From a virus: 64,000 nucleotides of DNA. This document shows positions 44,601 to 51,603 of this stretch, one piece after another. The notes beneath the pieces are model-generated. The model saw only the letters and a program-made list of their open reading frames with translations. It searched no databases and was not told where the DNA came from. Within the stretch, counting starts at the first letter, position 1. Each line of letters starts with the position of its first letter. The DNA lies in IMG/VR virus record IMGVR_UViG_3300008110_000181, positions 1 to 64,000 of that record; one strand, given 5' to 3'. The position numbers and the translations under genes were made by a program.

Positions 44601-45668
44601 AATTGATTTATTTGTATATGTTATATTAGTATTTTCACCCGAAACAAGAACTCCAGATTCTTCAAAACCAATTGTAGAATCTACTGAAATTATTGAAGAC
44701 CCAATAGATACTGCTTCTGTACATTTTGAGTTAGGTGTAACTTTAAAAGTACCTTGAACTGCAGATGGTATATCGTAACCAACAAATAAAGATAATTTAT
44801 AATATGTTTTAAAATTTCTTGTTAAAATTTCAACATTAGATACTGATGCAGTTGTTGCAGGATCATTATTTTTTTGAATTTGTTGACCAACTAGGTTATT
44901 TGGTTCTCCAGAAATTTTTTCAATTAAAACAACTTCTCTTCTGAGATATTCTGCTGTTGATGGTTTAAGTAGAAAATTTTCTAAGTTAACAATAGATGCG
45001 TTAACACCATATAAAACTTTGAATAAAATTTTAAACGATTCTGAAGTTCCTTTAGATTGATAAAATGCCCTAATAGACTTAATAAAGTTTCCTGGATTGA
45101 GATTTTCATCAAAATCAATTTCTTCAAATCCTGGTGCAAAAGTATACTTTAATTTTTTAAATAATTCTTTTAAGAATAAAGCACTTAAGTTGGTAATTTT
45201 TGCAGATGCTTTATGAGATGAAGCCTCAGAATTTTGGAATATTAATTCTTCTTGATTTATTTCTTGATGGTAGTTAGTAATACCACTAAAACCACGTTGA
45301 CAATTTAAGAAAGAGTTTGTGGTTATTCCAGTATAAGTAATGATTTCATCATCAATCTTTAGTAAACCGTATTTTTCAGGAAATCCTTCTGTAGTGTTTA
45401 CATTAATTGTAATTTTATTTTCAGTTCCAATATCAGAAGTCAAGTATATACTTCTATTTGAAATTGATGATGATAAAATATTGCTAACTTTTGAATATTG
45501 ATCTAAATTTTCGGCAATATCAACTGGACCACCCTGATATTCCTGTGAAATGTAATACTGTTTTAAAAATTCTCCCACTTTTGGATTTTCATCCAAAACG
45601 AAACTTGGAAGTTGACTTTCAATAATTTGATGAATTTTAACCCTTGAATCAAATCCCGTCTGTATCAT
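32610..45668 (-). CDS. gp7: Baseplate wedge initiator, 4352-aa multidomain protein
   Basis: Between gp6 and gp8; FLKQYY/SKGT N-terminus, YHYH-like segment (IIGWAYDGNPIYG...GDLDENNGR), DNDYYQNLSYTIKS, FSWG near the C-terminus. Confidence 0.85.
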   Translation of the reverse strand: MIQTGFDSRVKIHQIIESQLPSFVLDENPKVGEFLKQYYISQEYQGGPVDIAENLDQYSKVSNILSSSISNRSIYLTSDIGTENKITINVNTTEGFPEKYGLLKIDDEIITYTGITTNSFLNCQRGFSGITNYHQEINQEELIFQNSEASSHKASAKITNLSALFLKELFKKLKYTFAPGFEEIDFDENLNPGNFIKSIRAFYQSKGTSESFKILFKVLYGVNASIVNLENFLLKPSTAEYLRREVVLIEKISGEPNNLVGQQIQKNNDPATTASVSNVEILTRNFKTYYKLSLFVGYDIPSAVQGTFKVTPNSKCTEAVSIGSSIISVDSTIGFEESGVLVSGENTNITYTNKSINQFFGCSGIETAIPFAADIRNDQIYFGYENGDLTKKVTFSILGSLAKFEQISEYLNGVAEGDSINIKSLGNPIIKTRFSNKSFKEVFVNSWLYNANSRFHIDNFNGPKSLNLKSPILKDDQTSFKHGDQVEIVQRGTNNVVFTSYIDEKIGENTTSIKILGNFTPVSGVLYDLRRKLNKASSVYAPIKFGNDTLISDISNLYTDTNYGYVASNSLPSSNRGFSIPYNYQITKKLDSYTINNTSGALETLIDINYSVIAFENPITFITGDRIFYKPNTDTLVGLDTGFYFVEMVSPDAKKIRLYASSSFIGSSNYVLFRSPYNSGIGTHTFTLASQKSGVIGPQKLLKKFPLNFNPNVTDDKSKVILPGPVGMLVNGVEIDSYKSQDKIYYGPLKSISVINSGRDYDVINLPKISVSAGIGTTALIQPVISGLIKKVYVDPQDFDIDRIVSIGVNGGNGRGAVLEPILNLRLREVLFDGRATTTGGGINTTTGQLTFDTDHFFADGEEIFYNANGNKGIGVGIGTSTLIDSSSYYPKSTSPRTVLLYPSLKDYSTGINTIKFNTDNNFGVHKFYTKSNKKTLTEIKIIDGGEGYTNRKLIVKPSGISTSSNTVNFTNHGFNDGDLVVYNYQTSPIVGVSTDTSNQFYILKIDDNSFRICDAGINGTVATNYERKNYVKFKSKGSGYQYFSYPSILVSVEFTSVGIASTVQPTKVLNITPSVRGKIIDAYLYESGTGYGSTILNFEKKPIITIKNGKDAKVTPNISEGRINTVKIEYGGLEYYSTPDIVVTDPSGKGSGAEFLPIIENGRIKSVKVINSGIGYSSTSKISVVSAGSNGFFNSEVRSLTLNNVSRFGSEFISETLENDLKYASIAYNKQLQDAFSDNGANHSKIIGWAYDGNPIYGAYGYTNPQNVNSAPKSLVSGYQLDITYTDRPSGFVSGFFVEDYKYTENGDLDENNGRFCKTPEFPLGVYAYFAPINNISFQPQFPYYIGDAFKSNVIEDNLYLNQKLFDFSTSGVLRNTYPYKLIDPNVENDFLSSFSDLKNQVVKVQSVSTGNVDSYEIVNDGDNYKINDILRFKSDDGEDLSAKVSSLKGKDVTNIVCNQDVYNNVILTQINPEKLQLSILPSHDLLNNEFISLTGFSTIFTKLDGIYQIGVSSITTTLTKNIPANVSIGSTEIYVSQIPSTISAGSSIGIGTEVVKVLNLFRIKNIIRVYRDTVGVAHSAQAQISLLPNSFTIDKNLGDNVDSKLNDRVYFNPRESIGVGTGSGDGTSVSFNFADFTVSRDIPTRTIYLENHPFITNQKVRFTPPSGTISVSTNGSSTFSIPINGQYQDFYIVNKTINSIGLKTSFDAPELFFHTNGNDDDRYLLESTFNQITGSLTRFKTTVSVASSHGLISGDTVKLNVKPNLNVGIGLVPPGPIGTGESTSVRVSFNEDYQKLVLDPVGFGSTSITVSNFYYTKPTQQPSIGVLVGLGFTVGLGTTGNRSGQDVYDFIWSNYSKFDLDGDGVVSYNDALVATREMIGVGFTGDALIKDVIFPGNATRRTATSIRSYINSLTSNVGIGSTTYDINNSGIVDASIDGELLKRFTNTDGLGKPGVYNPSSLRGTIRLINHRFKTGDKVLYTSNSNNLLQPLDDGEYYIVRVDKDNIQLALTYKDCTVDPPNTVSIGFSGMEGQSVGLINPEIKVTKNNSINFDLLDPSLSGYDFKVYFDKSFIHEFVSTASTSSFNSYRVGNPGISTNASLKIIFDDQIPQRLYYGLEKDGKVINSDFDVKQNSSISYEDSLFIESDTYTVVGVASTTFNIFLKRLPERLSYASTECQSLEYVTSSKTTKGPIHQIEITSSKSDYNTVPVLNEIVTDDGIDANIILDSKTIGDIKEVNIINEGFSYQSDITLKPSAYISPQIFIKDANTIKDISVLKGGSNYTNAPSIVIVDVLTGQKLDTGILEARLSGSSVSSVAIIQKPKGLVDTEIKLAATNNTNGFSIQKIEYYSSVIFDVYISQPTDGFVTAPFAPGDEVFIEGIQKNTSLSGNGFNSENYGYKFFKVIDFNTTGLLARIRVDASALTDDVGTPKTIQDFVPVIVNRKIYPEFELTKEKLGFALNEKVFSNGIERDLKVTSFNNSYIKVFGSYELNVGEKITGKQSGTIVTISEIRENFGQFEIDYATKTNTGWANNIGKLNNDIQVVPDNDYYQNLSYTIKSPITYDQSKTVVNNFLHTIGTKNFNDTGITSSRNFTFTSEDSTIAIKDIITEQRTETVYGFDLVKDIGSFNGYSKFIKFDSKLLTPFISNKTNRVLKIDNINKQFSNLDSNLNQYLDIINLSTSNIQYLDALVKISTSDGSKVQLTDLVVVNNGSDAFLLEKGTIVTAGIGSTEYAGEKIGEFSLETKNTEVNLRFAPVDFANTDYDIKFIQKSFQTNAIGVASTSIGFITKFNSIKSTSGLSTTVGLTTNILSVDASVFKSLHASVHITDTVSNKMQYSELYVTHDNSDTFISEFYFDDFGADENGYTAGFIGSFAANLSSNVLSLDFENLTSQNNVSVKANIVGFGTTTIGISTYRFKTSGTPNGSERSAIYDSYATSGLTTNPLVVSSYNYTLFNSSKSLVEVSIGSTKAVHQVLTIHDGSSVYVKQLPFLSVSGISTNDTRLGLGTFGGNISGGNVILTFYPDNNLSGTVKLSSFNKLLYTITDAINIAPPLNYKDSNGLTFTRDSVIVKFYNSFNGGRINKTDFVMFSDELPIFAREFDTSDPDDLDLTTGTFKSSKHFFSEDEELIYTPKSTIIGIGTVALTYKSGIATGILPSTVYVVNKTEDSFQISTTKTGTAVTFTSAGEGNAHVLEMKKKNEKCVITIDDVIQYPIFPKQIYYQLNNTIGAGQSSFQVTGISTIVPKDIIKVDNEYMGVISVGFGTTSTGPVNGIGTYPLVTVTRGYLGTASTSHSAGAQVSVNVGAFNIVQNILYFADPPKGNVQEEKDQSNLDSIKSDFTGRVFLRNDYTTNIIYDDISTKFNGIGRTFTLTVGSANTVGLGTSGGNGLLLINGIFQTPTTSNNPKNNFALRENAGITSVVFSGIRPGGGAEVDIVSEYDINQNDRPRGGLIVSIGSTLGIGYAPLVGAIVKPIVSAAGTITSVVGTSYTGTAVSVSTASYNNFSGIIEITTTQPHRLSESDLVRLVGLGFTCPSNAGVTSFFPRDTVSRLETFFPIVSVASSTTFTAKVGTSTLPHTYIGFGTVFPWYNLNIGSGYRGPVSVAITQSGHSGTIASITANVGAGGTLSFTVNTGGSGYSTITPCEVFLPDPSYANLPVQGVSRIGIGSTTQTGVGLVLSLDVDSNPYYAGGRFYDAANLISRNLQFIADIAVGRMLANYPGFTVPGGNKECTDDIKAVLETVLYNLRFGGNDQVWEAANIYKTNQTLLAGEEQQSIFAFNQARDIAIQVMRNEVVDTGGYTTEVQVIDNTIIGDVSQLPGVYTFSGECANVASAIGSYVGIVTGTIANVISYGATATVPATKTVAPGSLFSIKNFTITRPGYSFKRGDVIRPVGLVTDARLSEPLSNFELTVLDTFTDSFALWQFGNLDYIDSIAAYQDGFRLAFPLYYNGQLLSFEKDKNYDLDMKNLLVIFVNGILQEPGKSYDFNGGTTFVFTSAPKPEDNIAIFFYRGTIGSDSVLNSDIPQTIKIGDTVQIIKNNAYPNTITQNERLVQNIEFADRIETDLYSGSGIDEINSKPINWTKQKRDRIVFGQTVYKTRDSIEGQVYPTAKVISGITTSSTEIFVDNATFFNYNNQIAAKSFDLLIVGSSSTVGLSTTGPRLIETLKSVTTVNGFCGVITGIGTTTGIGTSKALKFFVNNLDSDTFVTAGLSTGYPIYIYDTRIGNGITATNSSNTNVVGIGTSYLDCVYHVSAWSGVVGDDNAGIITCNVHSNANIAGLSTSGTELRPVGKFSWGRLSGFTRGTNPVSIAVTTNTVDVGLTTYPTVQRRSIGLKLVYDTGALPKQLT

Positions 45669-45669
45669 A

Positions 45670-47601
45670 TTACTTTCTTATAAGATTTCCGTTAAGGTAA
45701 CTAGATGTATAATAATTTTTAGTAAATTCTGATCCAGATACTTCTTCACCAGAAGATATTACATCCTTTATCATATTTATTTCACTTTTTGAAATACTGA
45801 AATTTAAATATAATTCTTTTAATCCAACCACATCATTTGATTCTGGTATTGCCTGAACTTCGATAATGTTATTTTCTTTTACCGTAGAAGTAATGTTTAT
45901 ATTATTAATGAGGATTTCTCCCTTTTCATAATCAATTGTTCCAGCAGATTTTAAAACAACTCTCGTCTCTGTCTCACTGATGGGTTTAACTATTGATAAA
46001 AATCCTGTTTTTCCATCATCACTTGGAATATCTGTAAAGTACACAGTATCAGATTCACCAAATATTGTAAAACCAGTTGATTTAATATTATATCCTTTCT
46101 TGCTGATATGAAACTTATTACCAAAGCAAAGTTCATATTGTGCATATTGATTTATATAAGCTGGTAAATCTCTTCTAATTCTAACTTTTGTGATATTTGA
46201 GGTGATTGAAAAATCAGTATTGTCTATAATTTGTAAAACTTTACTATACTTGAATCTCCCACCAAATTTATTAAGATCTAAAGAGTTTGCATATTTGTTC
46301 AGAGAATTTACAACTTTATTCTTTAAAAATTCTGCAGAAGAAATTTTTGAATAATCATAGTAAATACCAGCATCAATTTCAACATATAGAACTTTAAGGT
46401 CAACTATTTTTTGATTAATTCCAGAAACACTATATTTTCTTAAATTGTCTAATATATTTTTCTTATTAAAATCTGAAACAAATGTTCCATTTTTAGGCTT
46501 AATGCTAATCATCACCGTGCCATATTCTGGTGGATCTAATTCTTCACCACCAACAATACTGACAGATTCTGTATCTGGATAAACTCTTTTGATTATTGAT
46601 TCATAATCACTTGCGGTAACTGCTCTATTTTGTGATGCATAAATTCTTGGTGCAAAATATTTAATAGAATCAATTCTTTCAATGTCAGATCCATTTTGGG
46701 ATACTTGATTTGTCGTCACCGTAACGGGTGAATCTAGAACTAAAACATCATTATTATCATCTTCTAAAGAACCAGAAAATAAGAATCTTCCTACACCATT
46801 TCCCTTCTTACCTTCAGTGACAATATAATTTGCTGTTATAATATCTCCGTCTTGATTTGTACCATTTCCTAACTTTCTACCAATTAATCCATCACCAAAG
46901 AATATTTCATATTTTTCATCTTGAACTTCTTGAATCAAAAAGATTCTCGATGTTTCATCTAAATTTAAAATATTTTCTACTTGATTATATTTAAATCCTA
47001 GTTCTTCTGCATTCGATGCTTTTTTTACATAAACTCTAACTGTAGAAGTATCAATAAATGGGTTATCTAAAATAAATCTTTGGTCTAAGGACCCGTCATA
47101 CTTAAATTTACTTGTTAAAAATGTTCCTTGATATACTGTTATATTATTGAAACTTGCTATACCAGCAGAACTTACATTTACTGTGATATTTTCTGGTATT
47201 GAAAATACATGAGAAGTATTTTGTATATCACCTGTACAAACTAATCCTGCTTTTAATGTTAAAGTCTTAGTAGTTTGCTTACCATTACCATCTAATAACC
47301 CAGTTATGCTAAAAGATATTTGTGCTTTAGATGCTGTTGTTGAGTGAGGTATATATCCAACATTTCTTGCTAGTGAGACTACATTCTCTCTAAGAGTTGC
47401 AGAGTCTAAGAAAGACTCATTAACAACCATGTTTGTATTGAATGCTGTAATATATGTGTTATATGCTAAAGTATCAATCAGCACAGAAAAATTAGATCCT
47501 TCAAAGTCAAAATCCGTGAAGTCTGAATTTTCACGAATATAATCTTTTATAGAATCTCTGATTTGATCGAAATCTAAATTAGTAAATTTAGTAAAAGGCA
47601 T
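45670..47601 (-). CDS. gp6: Baseplate wedge subunit
   Basis: DFDFEGSNFSVLIDTLAYNT, SQNRAVTASDY. Confidence 0.95.
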   Translation of the reverse strand: MPFTKFTNLDFDQIRDSIKDYIRENSDFTDFDFEGSNFSVLIDTLAYNTYITAFNTNMVVNESFLDSATLRENVVSLARNVGYIPHSTTASKAQISFSITGLLDGNGKQTTKTLTLKAGLVCTGDIQNTSHVFSIPENITVNVSSAGIASFNNITVYQGTFLTSKFKYDGSLDQRFILDNPFIDTSTVRVYVKKASNAEELGFKYNQVENILNLDETSRIFLIQEVQDEKYEIFFGDGLIGRKLGNGTNQDGDIITANYIVTEGKKGNGVGRFLFSGSLEDDNNDVLVLDSPVTVTTNQVSQNGSDIERIDSIKYFAPRIYASQNRAVTASDYESIIKRVYPDTESVSIVGGEELDPPEYGTVMISIKPKNGTFVSDFNKKNILDNLRKYSVSGINQKIVDLKVLYVEIDAGIYYDYSKISSAEFLKNKVVNSLNKYANSLDLNKFGGRFKYSKVLQIIDNTDFSITSNITKVRIRRDLPAYINQYAQYELCFGNKFHISKKGYNIKSTGFTIFGESDTVYFTDIPSDDGKTGFLSIVKPISETETRVVLKSAGTIDYEKGEILINNINITSTVKENNIIEVQAIPESNDVVGLKELYLNFSISKSEINMIKDVISSGEEVSGSEFTKNYYTSSYLNGNLIRK

Positions 47602-47602
47602 T

Positions 47603-48004
47603 TTATCTTGTTGCCTCTAATAGGAACGAATATTCTTGAGTGGGAAACTCTTGACCAATAATATTAAACACAATATTCACATAAAAAGCATTTTCATCTG
47701 GATTTGGTTCAACTTCAACTTGAATAACTTCAACTCTAGGTTCATAATTTGCAATCGCAGTTTCAATTTCAGTTTGTATGACAGAAGCAGTACCAAAATC
47801 TACAAAATCAAATAGACTGTCTCTGACTCGGGAACCAAATGTTGAATTAAAGAACTTTTCTGTTGGTATCGTTTCGACAATATTTCTCACAGATCTACGA
47901 ATCGCATTTTCATTCTTTAAAACTTGAAGATCTTTTGTTACTGGATGAGGTTCGAATGATAGGCTAATATCTTTGAAAGATCTAGATATTTTTTGAGATG
48001 CCAT
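47603..48004 (-). CDS. gp25: Baseplate wedge subunit gp25
   Basis: FKDISLSF..HPVTKD, NYEPRV. Confidence 0.93.
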   Translation of the reverse strand: MASQKISRSFKDISLSFEPHPVTKDLQVLKNENAIRRSVRNIVETIPTEKFFNSTFGSRVRDSLFDFVDFGTASVIQTEIETAIANYEPRVEVIQVEVEPNPDENAFYVNIVFNIIGQEFPTQEYSFLLEATR

Positions 48005-48035
48005 TGACCAAGAGTTTTCTTTGCTTTATTTATAT

Positions 48036-48278
48036 TCAGTGCCAGGGAGAACCATATGTTGGTTCTGTTCCATACTCCCAATCATCATAATCGTCATCAT
48101 TTCTTATTTTTTCATGTAATTCTACTTGTTTCTTCAAATCGTGCTTTGGTGCCAAATCGTGCATAACCTCTTGAATAATTCTTTTCGGTTGTGCAGATTC
48201 ATAATCTGTAATTAGTTTAGATGTACCCCACATTTCTCTCATGTAATTGGGGTCTCGATCAACGGGTAAATTCGACAT
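48036..48278 (-). CDS. Conserved cyanophage hypothetical protein
   Basis: 80-aa ORF with AGGAG Shine-Dalgarno and a late promoter. Confidence 0.7.
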   Translation of the reverse strand: MSNLPVDRDPNYMREMWGTSKLITDYESAQPKRIIQEVMHDLAPKHDLKKQVELHEKIRNDDDYDDWEYGTEPTYGSPWH

Positions 48279-48346
48279 AGTAGCTCCTGTTTTAACTGAA
48301 TAAAACAGAACTTTTATAAAGGAGGTTGCTATCTCCCTACCTCTAT

Positions 48347-48688
48347 TTAACGATCTACTTCCCGAAGACTATAAGAATCTGAATTTAAATATTTTAAAAT
48401 TTCAAGTGCAATTAATCGTGGATTTCCTTCTCCACATGTATATACATCCACGGCAATGCATCCGTTTTCTGGCCAAGTATGGCACGATACATGACTCTCT
48501 GCTAGTGCCACAACGACCGTACAACCCTGTGGAAGAAAGCAATGTGAGAAAGTATTCAGAATAGTCATTTTGGCACGGTTAATGCCTCTTATCATTGCTT
48601 CTTGAAGTGATTTCACGTCATTAATCGCTTCAAAATTAACACCATACACCTCTAGAAGCAGGTGTTTACCCATCGGAAACTGTTTCAA
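48347..48688 (-). CDS. speD: S-adenosylmethionine decarboxylase-like proenzyme (pyruvoyl)
   Basis: GKHLLLEVYG, LAE-SHVSCHTWPE autocleavage motif, DVYTCG. Confidence 0.92.
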   Translation of the reverse strand: MKQFPMGKHLLLEVYGVNFEAINDVKSLQEAMIRGINRAKMTILNTFSHCFLPQGCTVVVALAESHVSCHTWPENGCIAVDVYTCGEGNPRLIALEILKYLNSDSYSLREVDR

Positions 48689-48711
48689 TTCACTTGATTG
48701 AAAAAATCTAT

Positions 48712-49302
48712 TTAGTTAATGTAAAATCCTTTGCGAAAATACTCCCCATCATCAATAAATTTCATATTTTCAACTTTTTCTTCGTCCCAAACGGGTATTG
48801 CAACCGAGTTTCCATGCCTAAAATCAGGATTTCTACGAAAATGCACTTCAATTAGGTTTCCATTGATAAATTCGCAGTTGATCCAGTCATAGTCACCCTT
48901 TAAATTATTTAAAATTTCTGGAAATTCAATATTACAGTCGATTTTTTCCCATTTTTTCCATTTATAGTATGGATCAGAATCATCTTTAGTGCCGACGACA
49001 ACGAGTTCCGACCATTTTTTGTAATAATCGACACTTAAATGAGTGCCAGTGAAGATTTCACACCAAAATTCTGCAGGGTGAAAGTGATCTGTCTCATTTT
49101 CGACCCATTCTTTACGTGCAAACCGACCCATACCAAGTAAATTGAATGATGGTCGGACAATATAAAAGTCGGGTTTAGGTACCGTGGTACCGACTGGACC
49201 ACAAGTATAACCTAAAACCCGACTTAAGAATAATTTATTGTATATCCAAAGGTCTGATGGATGAATATTGTACCATTCATCATCTCCCTCTAGATAGTAC
49301 AT
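48712..49302 (-). CDS. Conserved phage hypothetical protein
   Basis: YNKLFLS..LGY.CGP.G, YIVRP..N..GMG, INCEFI...IEVHFR. Confidence 0.7.
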   Translation of the reverse strand: MYYLEGDDEWYNIHPSDLWIYNKLFLSRVLGYTCGPVGTTVPKPDFYIVRPSFNLLGMGRFARKEWVENETDHFHPAEFWCEIFTGTHLSVDYYKKWSELVVVGTKDDSDPYYKWKKWEKIDCNIEFPEILNNLKGDYDWINCEFINGNLIEVHFRRNPDFRHGNSVAIPVWDEEKVENMKFIDDGEYFRKGFYIN

Positions 49303-49449
49303 TTATTTTCCCTGCCCACGGTATTTTTTTCTGGCACCATTACGAGACGTTGCTGCGTATTTAGTACCACCACCATCACCCTGCCGAGACTTTTTCGGAG
49401 GACCGGGGATATAAGAACTTTTATTTAAACCGACTTTTGCTTTGGCCAT
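49303..49449 (-). CDS. Small basic protein (48 aa; not in the ORF track)
   Basis: MAKAKVGLNKSSYIPGPPKKSRQGDGGGTKYAATSRNGARKKYRGQGK. Confidence 0.7.
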   Translation of the reverse strand: MAKAKVGLNKSSYIPGPPKKSRQGDGGGTKYAATSRNGARKKYRGQGK

Positions 49450-49616
49450 ACATTATCTCCTTTTAAAATTTCAGTTTCAAGATCTTCAGGACATGGAGCA
49501 CCTGTCTGATAAAATTCAATTGCCAGATCTTCCATGGTATCGAAATATTCTTCTTCTGTTAGACCAGTGTAAATTCTACGGCCTTGACAGAGAATATTAT
49601 AGCGATCGTTTGACAT
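49425..49616 (-). CDS. Hypothetical protein
   Basis: 63-aa ORF in the operon. Confidence 0.65.
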   Translation of the reverse strand: MSNDRYNILCQGRRIYTGLTEEEYFDTMEDLAIEFYQTGAPCPEDLETEILKGDNVWPKQKSV

Positions 49617-49620
49617 ACTA

Positions 49621-50379
49621 TCAAATCACTCTTGTTTTCTCGTGACCAACTCTAATACGTGGATCGCACCAAATTTCAAATCCTGCTTCTTTAGCATCTA
49701 AACAGAACGATACGTCTTCTCCACACATGTCCTGAACTTCACCCGATTCAAAGACTTGCATTTTAGGTGCAAACCAGGGGTACTTCATTTCGGGATGCTC
49801 AAAGACACCTTTCTTAATCAGAAGCCAACCAAAACCAGTATAATCGACAGTGAATGGTTTACGACGTTTTGAGATACTTTCAAGAGTTTCATGATTCATC
49901 ACACCACCATTGTTGCGGAAATCATCTTCCTCAAGCCAGTGGGCAACAGAAGTCGTCACTCCATCTTCGGTGCAGTACCAACCAGCCGCAATGTCTTTTT
50001 CCATCAGAACAAGTTGAAAAAACTTTTCTGTATTGAAAACAATATCGTTATCAATCCAAAGTTGCCAATCATAAGGAAGCTTGCCATCCCAGGGCAGTTG
50101 GTCAGGACCACGCAGCACATTCGCACCTAAGCACTTGCATCTTGCAAAGTTTACCATTGATGAATAATCTTGCGAGATTTGAATGCTTGCCCCTGCCTGC
50201 ACCAAGTCAAAGCAGAGTTGTACAAAACTTTTTAGGTAAGTGTAAGATACACTACGACCTGGCAGACAAAAGACAATGACTTTACCACGCACTAGTTCTC
50301 GGGCTTTTTCATAATCCCATTCTTCTACAGACCCCCCAGCTGCGGGTGCCTTTGCTTTTACAGTAAATCCTTTAGCCAT
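49621..50379 (-). CDS. GT-A-fold glycosyltransferase-like protein
   Basis: WIDND (DxD) motif, TGFGWLLIK, GEDVSFC, RVGH. Confidence 0.8.
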   Translation of the reverse strand: MAKGFTVKAKAPAAGGSVEEWDYEKARELVRGKVIVFCLPGRSVSYTYLKSFVQLCFDLVQAGASIQISQDYSSMVNFARCKCLGANVLRGPDQLPWDGKLPYDWQLWIDNDIVFNTEKFFQLVLMEKDIAAGWYCTEDGVTTSVAHWLEEDDFRNNGGVMNHETLESISKRRKPFTVDYTGFGWLLIKKGVFEHPEMKYPWFAPKMQVFESGEVQDMCGEDVSFCLDAKEAGFEIWCDPRIRVGHEKTRVI

Positions 50380-50401
50380 AATAGATTGTAATTACTTCAA
50401 T

Positions 50402-50430
50402 ATCATACTCTATTATGTATGACCTGTCAA
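50402..50430 (-). promoter_or_regulatory. Sigma70-type promoter
   Basis: TTGACA-17 bp-TATGAT upstream of the glycosyltransferase-like gene. Confidence 0.75.
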
Positions 50431-50597
50431 TCTCTCTCAGATAGGATAATTTCCGCACCAGATAACTCTAATTTAATTTCTGTATCTTCGTACCAATCTA
50501 AGTCATTAATTAATTCTTCTGGTATTACAAGATAATACTCCCCAGTAATTGGATCGACTTGTAGGGGCTTAAAAATTTCTCCGGAATTTTTTCTCAT
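50427..50597 (-). CDS. AbrB/MazE-like small DNA-binding protein (56 aa; not in the ORF track)
   Basis: MRKNSGEIFKPLQVDPITGEYYLVIPEELINDLDWYEDTEIKLELSGAEIILSERD; IP..L...L.W swapped-hairpin pattern. Confidence 0.6.
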   Translation of the reverse strand: MRKNSGEIFKPLQVDPITGEYYLVIPEELINDLDWYEDTEIKLELSGAEIILSERD

Positions 50598-50768
50598 TTA
50601 CATCAAACTTATTTTTATTTTTTATATATTAAAAAAAATTTTTATATTCGTTGTATAGAGAGATGGCAAAAGCAAGACTTTATAGATTACAGGGACCCAT
50701 GGGTTTTATATAACGGCGGCAACCCCCGAACCGCACGGGCACGGGGGCACTGTCTTGGTCACGAACGA

Positions 50769-50954
50769 TCAGGCAGGGGCACCGCTGCGGATGTGACGGT
50801 TGGCATGACCTGCTTTCACTGCAGGTCGCCATGCGGTCTTGCTGCCTCCAACCTGAGACATGGTTGCCTCACCCGTACGGGGACCACGGACGGGCAGACG
50901 GGTGATCTTGAATTGACCTGCTGCGATTGCTGCGTTCAGTTCGGTTGCGGTCAT
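50769..50954 (-). CDS. Small early protein (probable start MTATELNAA)
   Basis: Downstream of TTGACC-16 bp-TACAAT. Confidence 0.55.
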   Translation of the reverse strand: MTATELNAAIAAGQFKITRLPVRGPRTGEATMSQVGGSKTAWRPAVKAGHANRHIRSGAPA

Positions 50955-51004
50955 GATGGGGGGTCGGTTGACTTGAGAGTATTGTAGCAGATCGGGGGCA
51001 GGGG

Positions 51005-51176
51005 TCAACCCTGCTTCAGGTCATCCCGAAAGACATCAGCGAACTGCCCTGCGATGGCATAGGCAGAGATGCCCAATTGGGGCTGAAGACGTGACCCCAT
51101 GAGGGAGTCGTCGTTGCCACGGGCAGTCCAAACGATTTGACGGGTACGGAGGTCGGTTGACTGAGAGAGGATCATG
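51005..51176 (-). CDS. Small early protein (probable start MILSQSTDL)
   Basis: ORF track 51005..51217; promoter-like box near 51200. Confidence 0.5.
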
Positions 51177-51213
51177 GGGGTCGTTTGAACTGAGATCATC
51201 CTAGCAGATCGGG

Positions 51214-51351
51214 TCACCAGATCACGGGGTTGCCTTCAAAATCCGTAACAGTGCCCTGCTCCGTATCGGTGGCAATGCTCTCCAGGATCTCCAGGAGTTG
51301 GGTGCCAGTGGTGGCACGGTTCAGCAGGGAGGTAGCGAGATCTTTGGTCAT
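51214..51351 (-). CDS. Small early protein (45 aa; not in the ORF track)
   Basis: MTKDLATSLLNRATTGTQLLEILESIATD...; -10 TATACT at 51374-51379. Confidence 0.55.
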   Translation of the reverse strand: MTKDLATSLLNRATTGTQLLEILESIATDTEQGTVTDFEGNPVIW

Positions 51352-51384
51352 GGGTCTGTGTGTTGACTGAATCAGTATAAGGGG

Positions 51385-51558
51385 TCAGAGGGGCATCAGA
51401 TGATCGAACTGTGCCAGAGAGGAAGGTGCCACGTGGGCAGGAGATCCACAGGATCGATAGAAGTCCACCATGCACTCTGCCTCTGCCAGACTGGTGAACC
51501 ATTGAGACCTCCACTCACAGGAGTTGTAGGGGGTCTGGTAACGGACTTCGATTCGCAT
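51385..51558 (-). CDS. Small early protein (57 aa; not in the ORF track)
   Basis: MRIEVRYQTPYNSCEWRSQWFTSLAEAESMVDFYRSCGSPA...; TACAAT box upstream. Confidence 0.55.
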   Translation of the reverse strand: MRIEVRYQTPYNSCEWRSQWFTSLAEAECMVDFYRSCGSPAHVAPSSLAQFDHLMPL

Positions 51559-51603
51559 GGATCGGTTGTGGTTGTGAGAGTATTGTAGCAGATCGGGGGG
51601 AGG

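Noticed and set aside
47945-47962. GGTTCGAAT resembling a tRNA T-loop
   Set aside because: It lies inside gp25 with no cloverleaf context.
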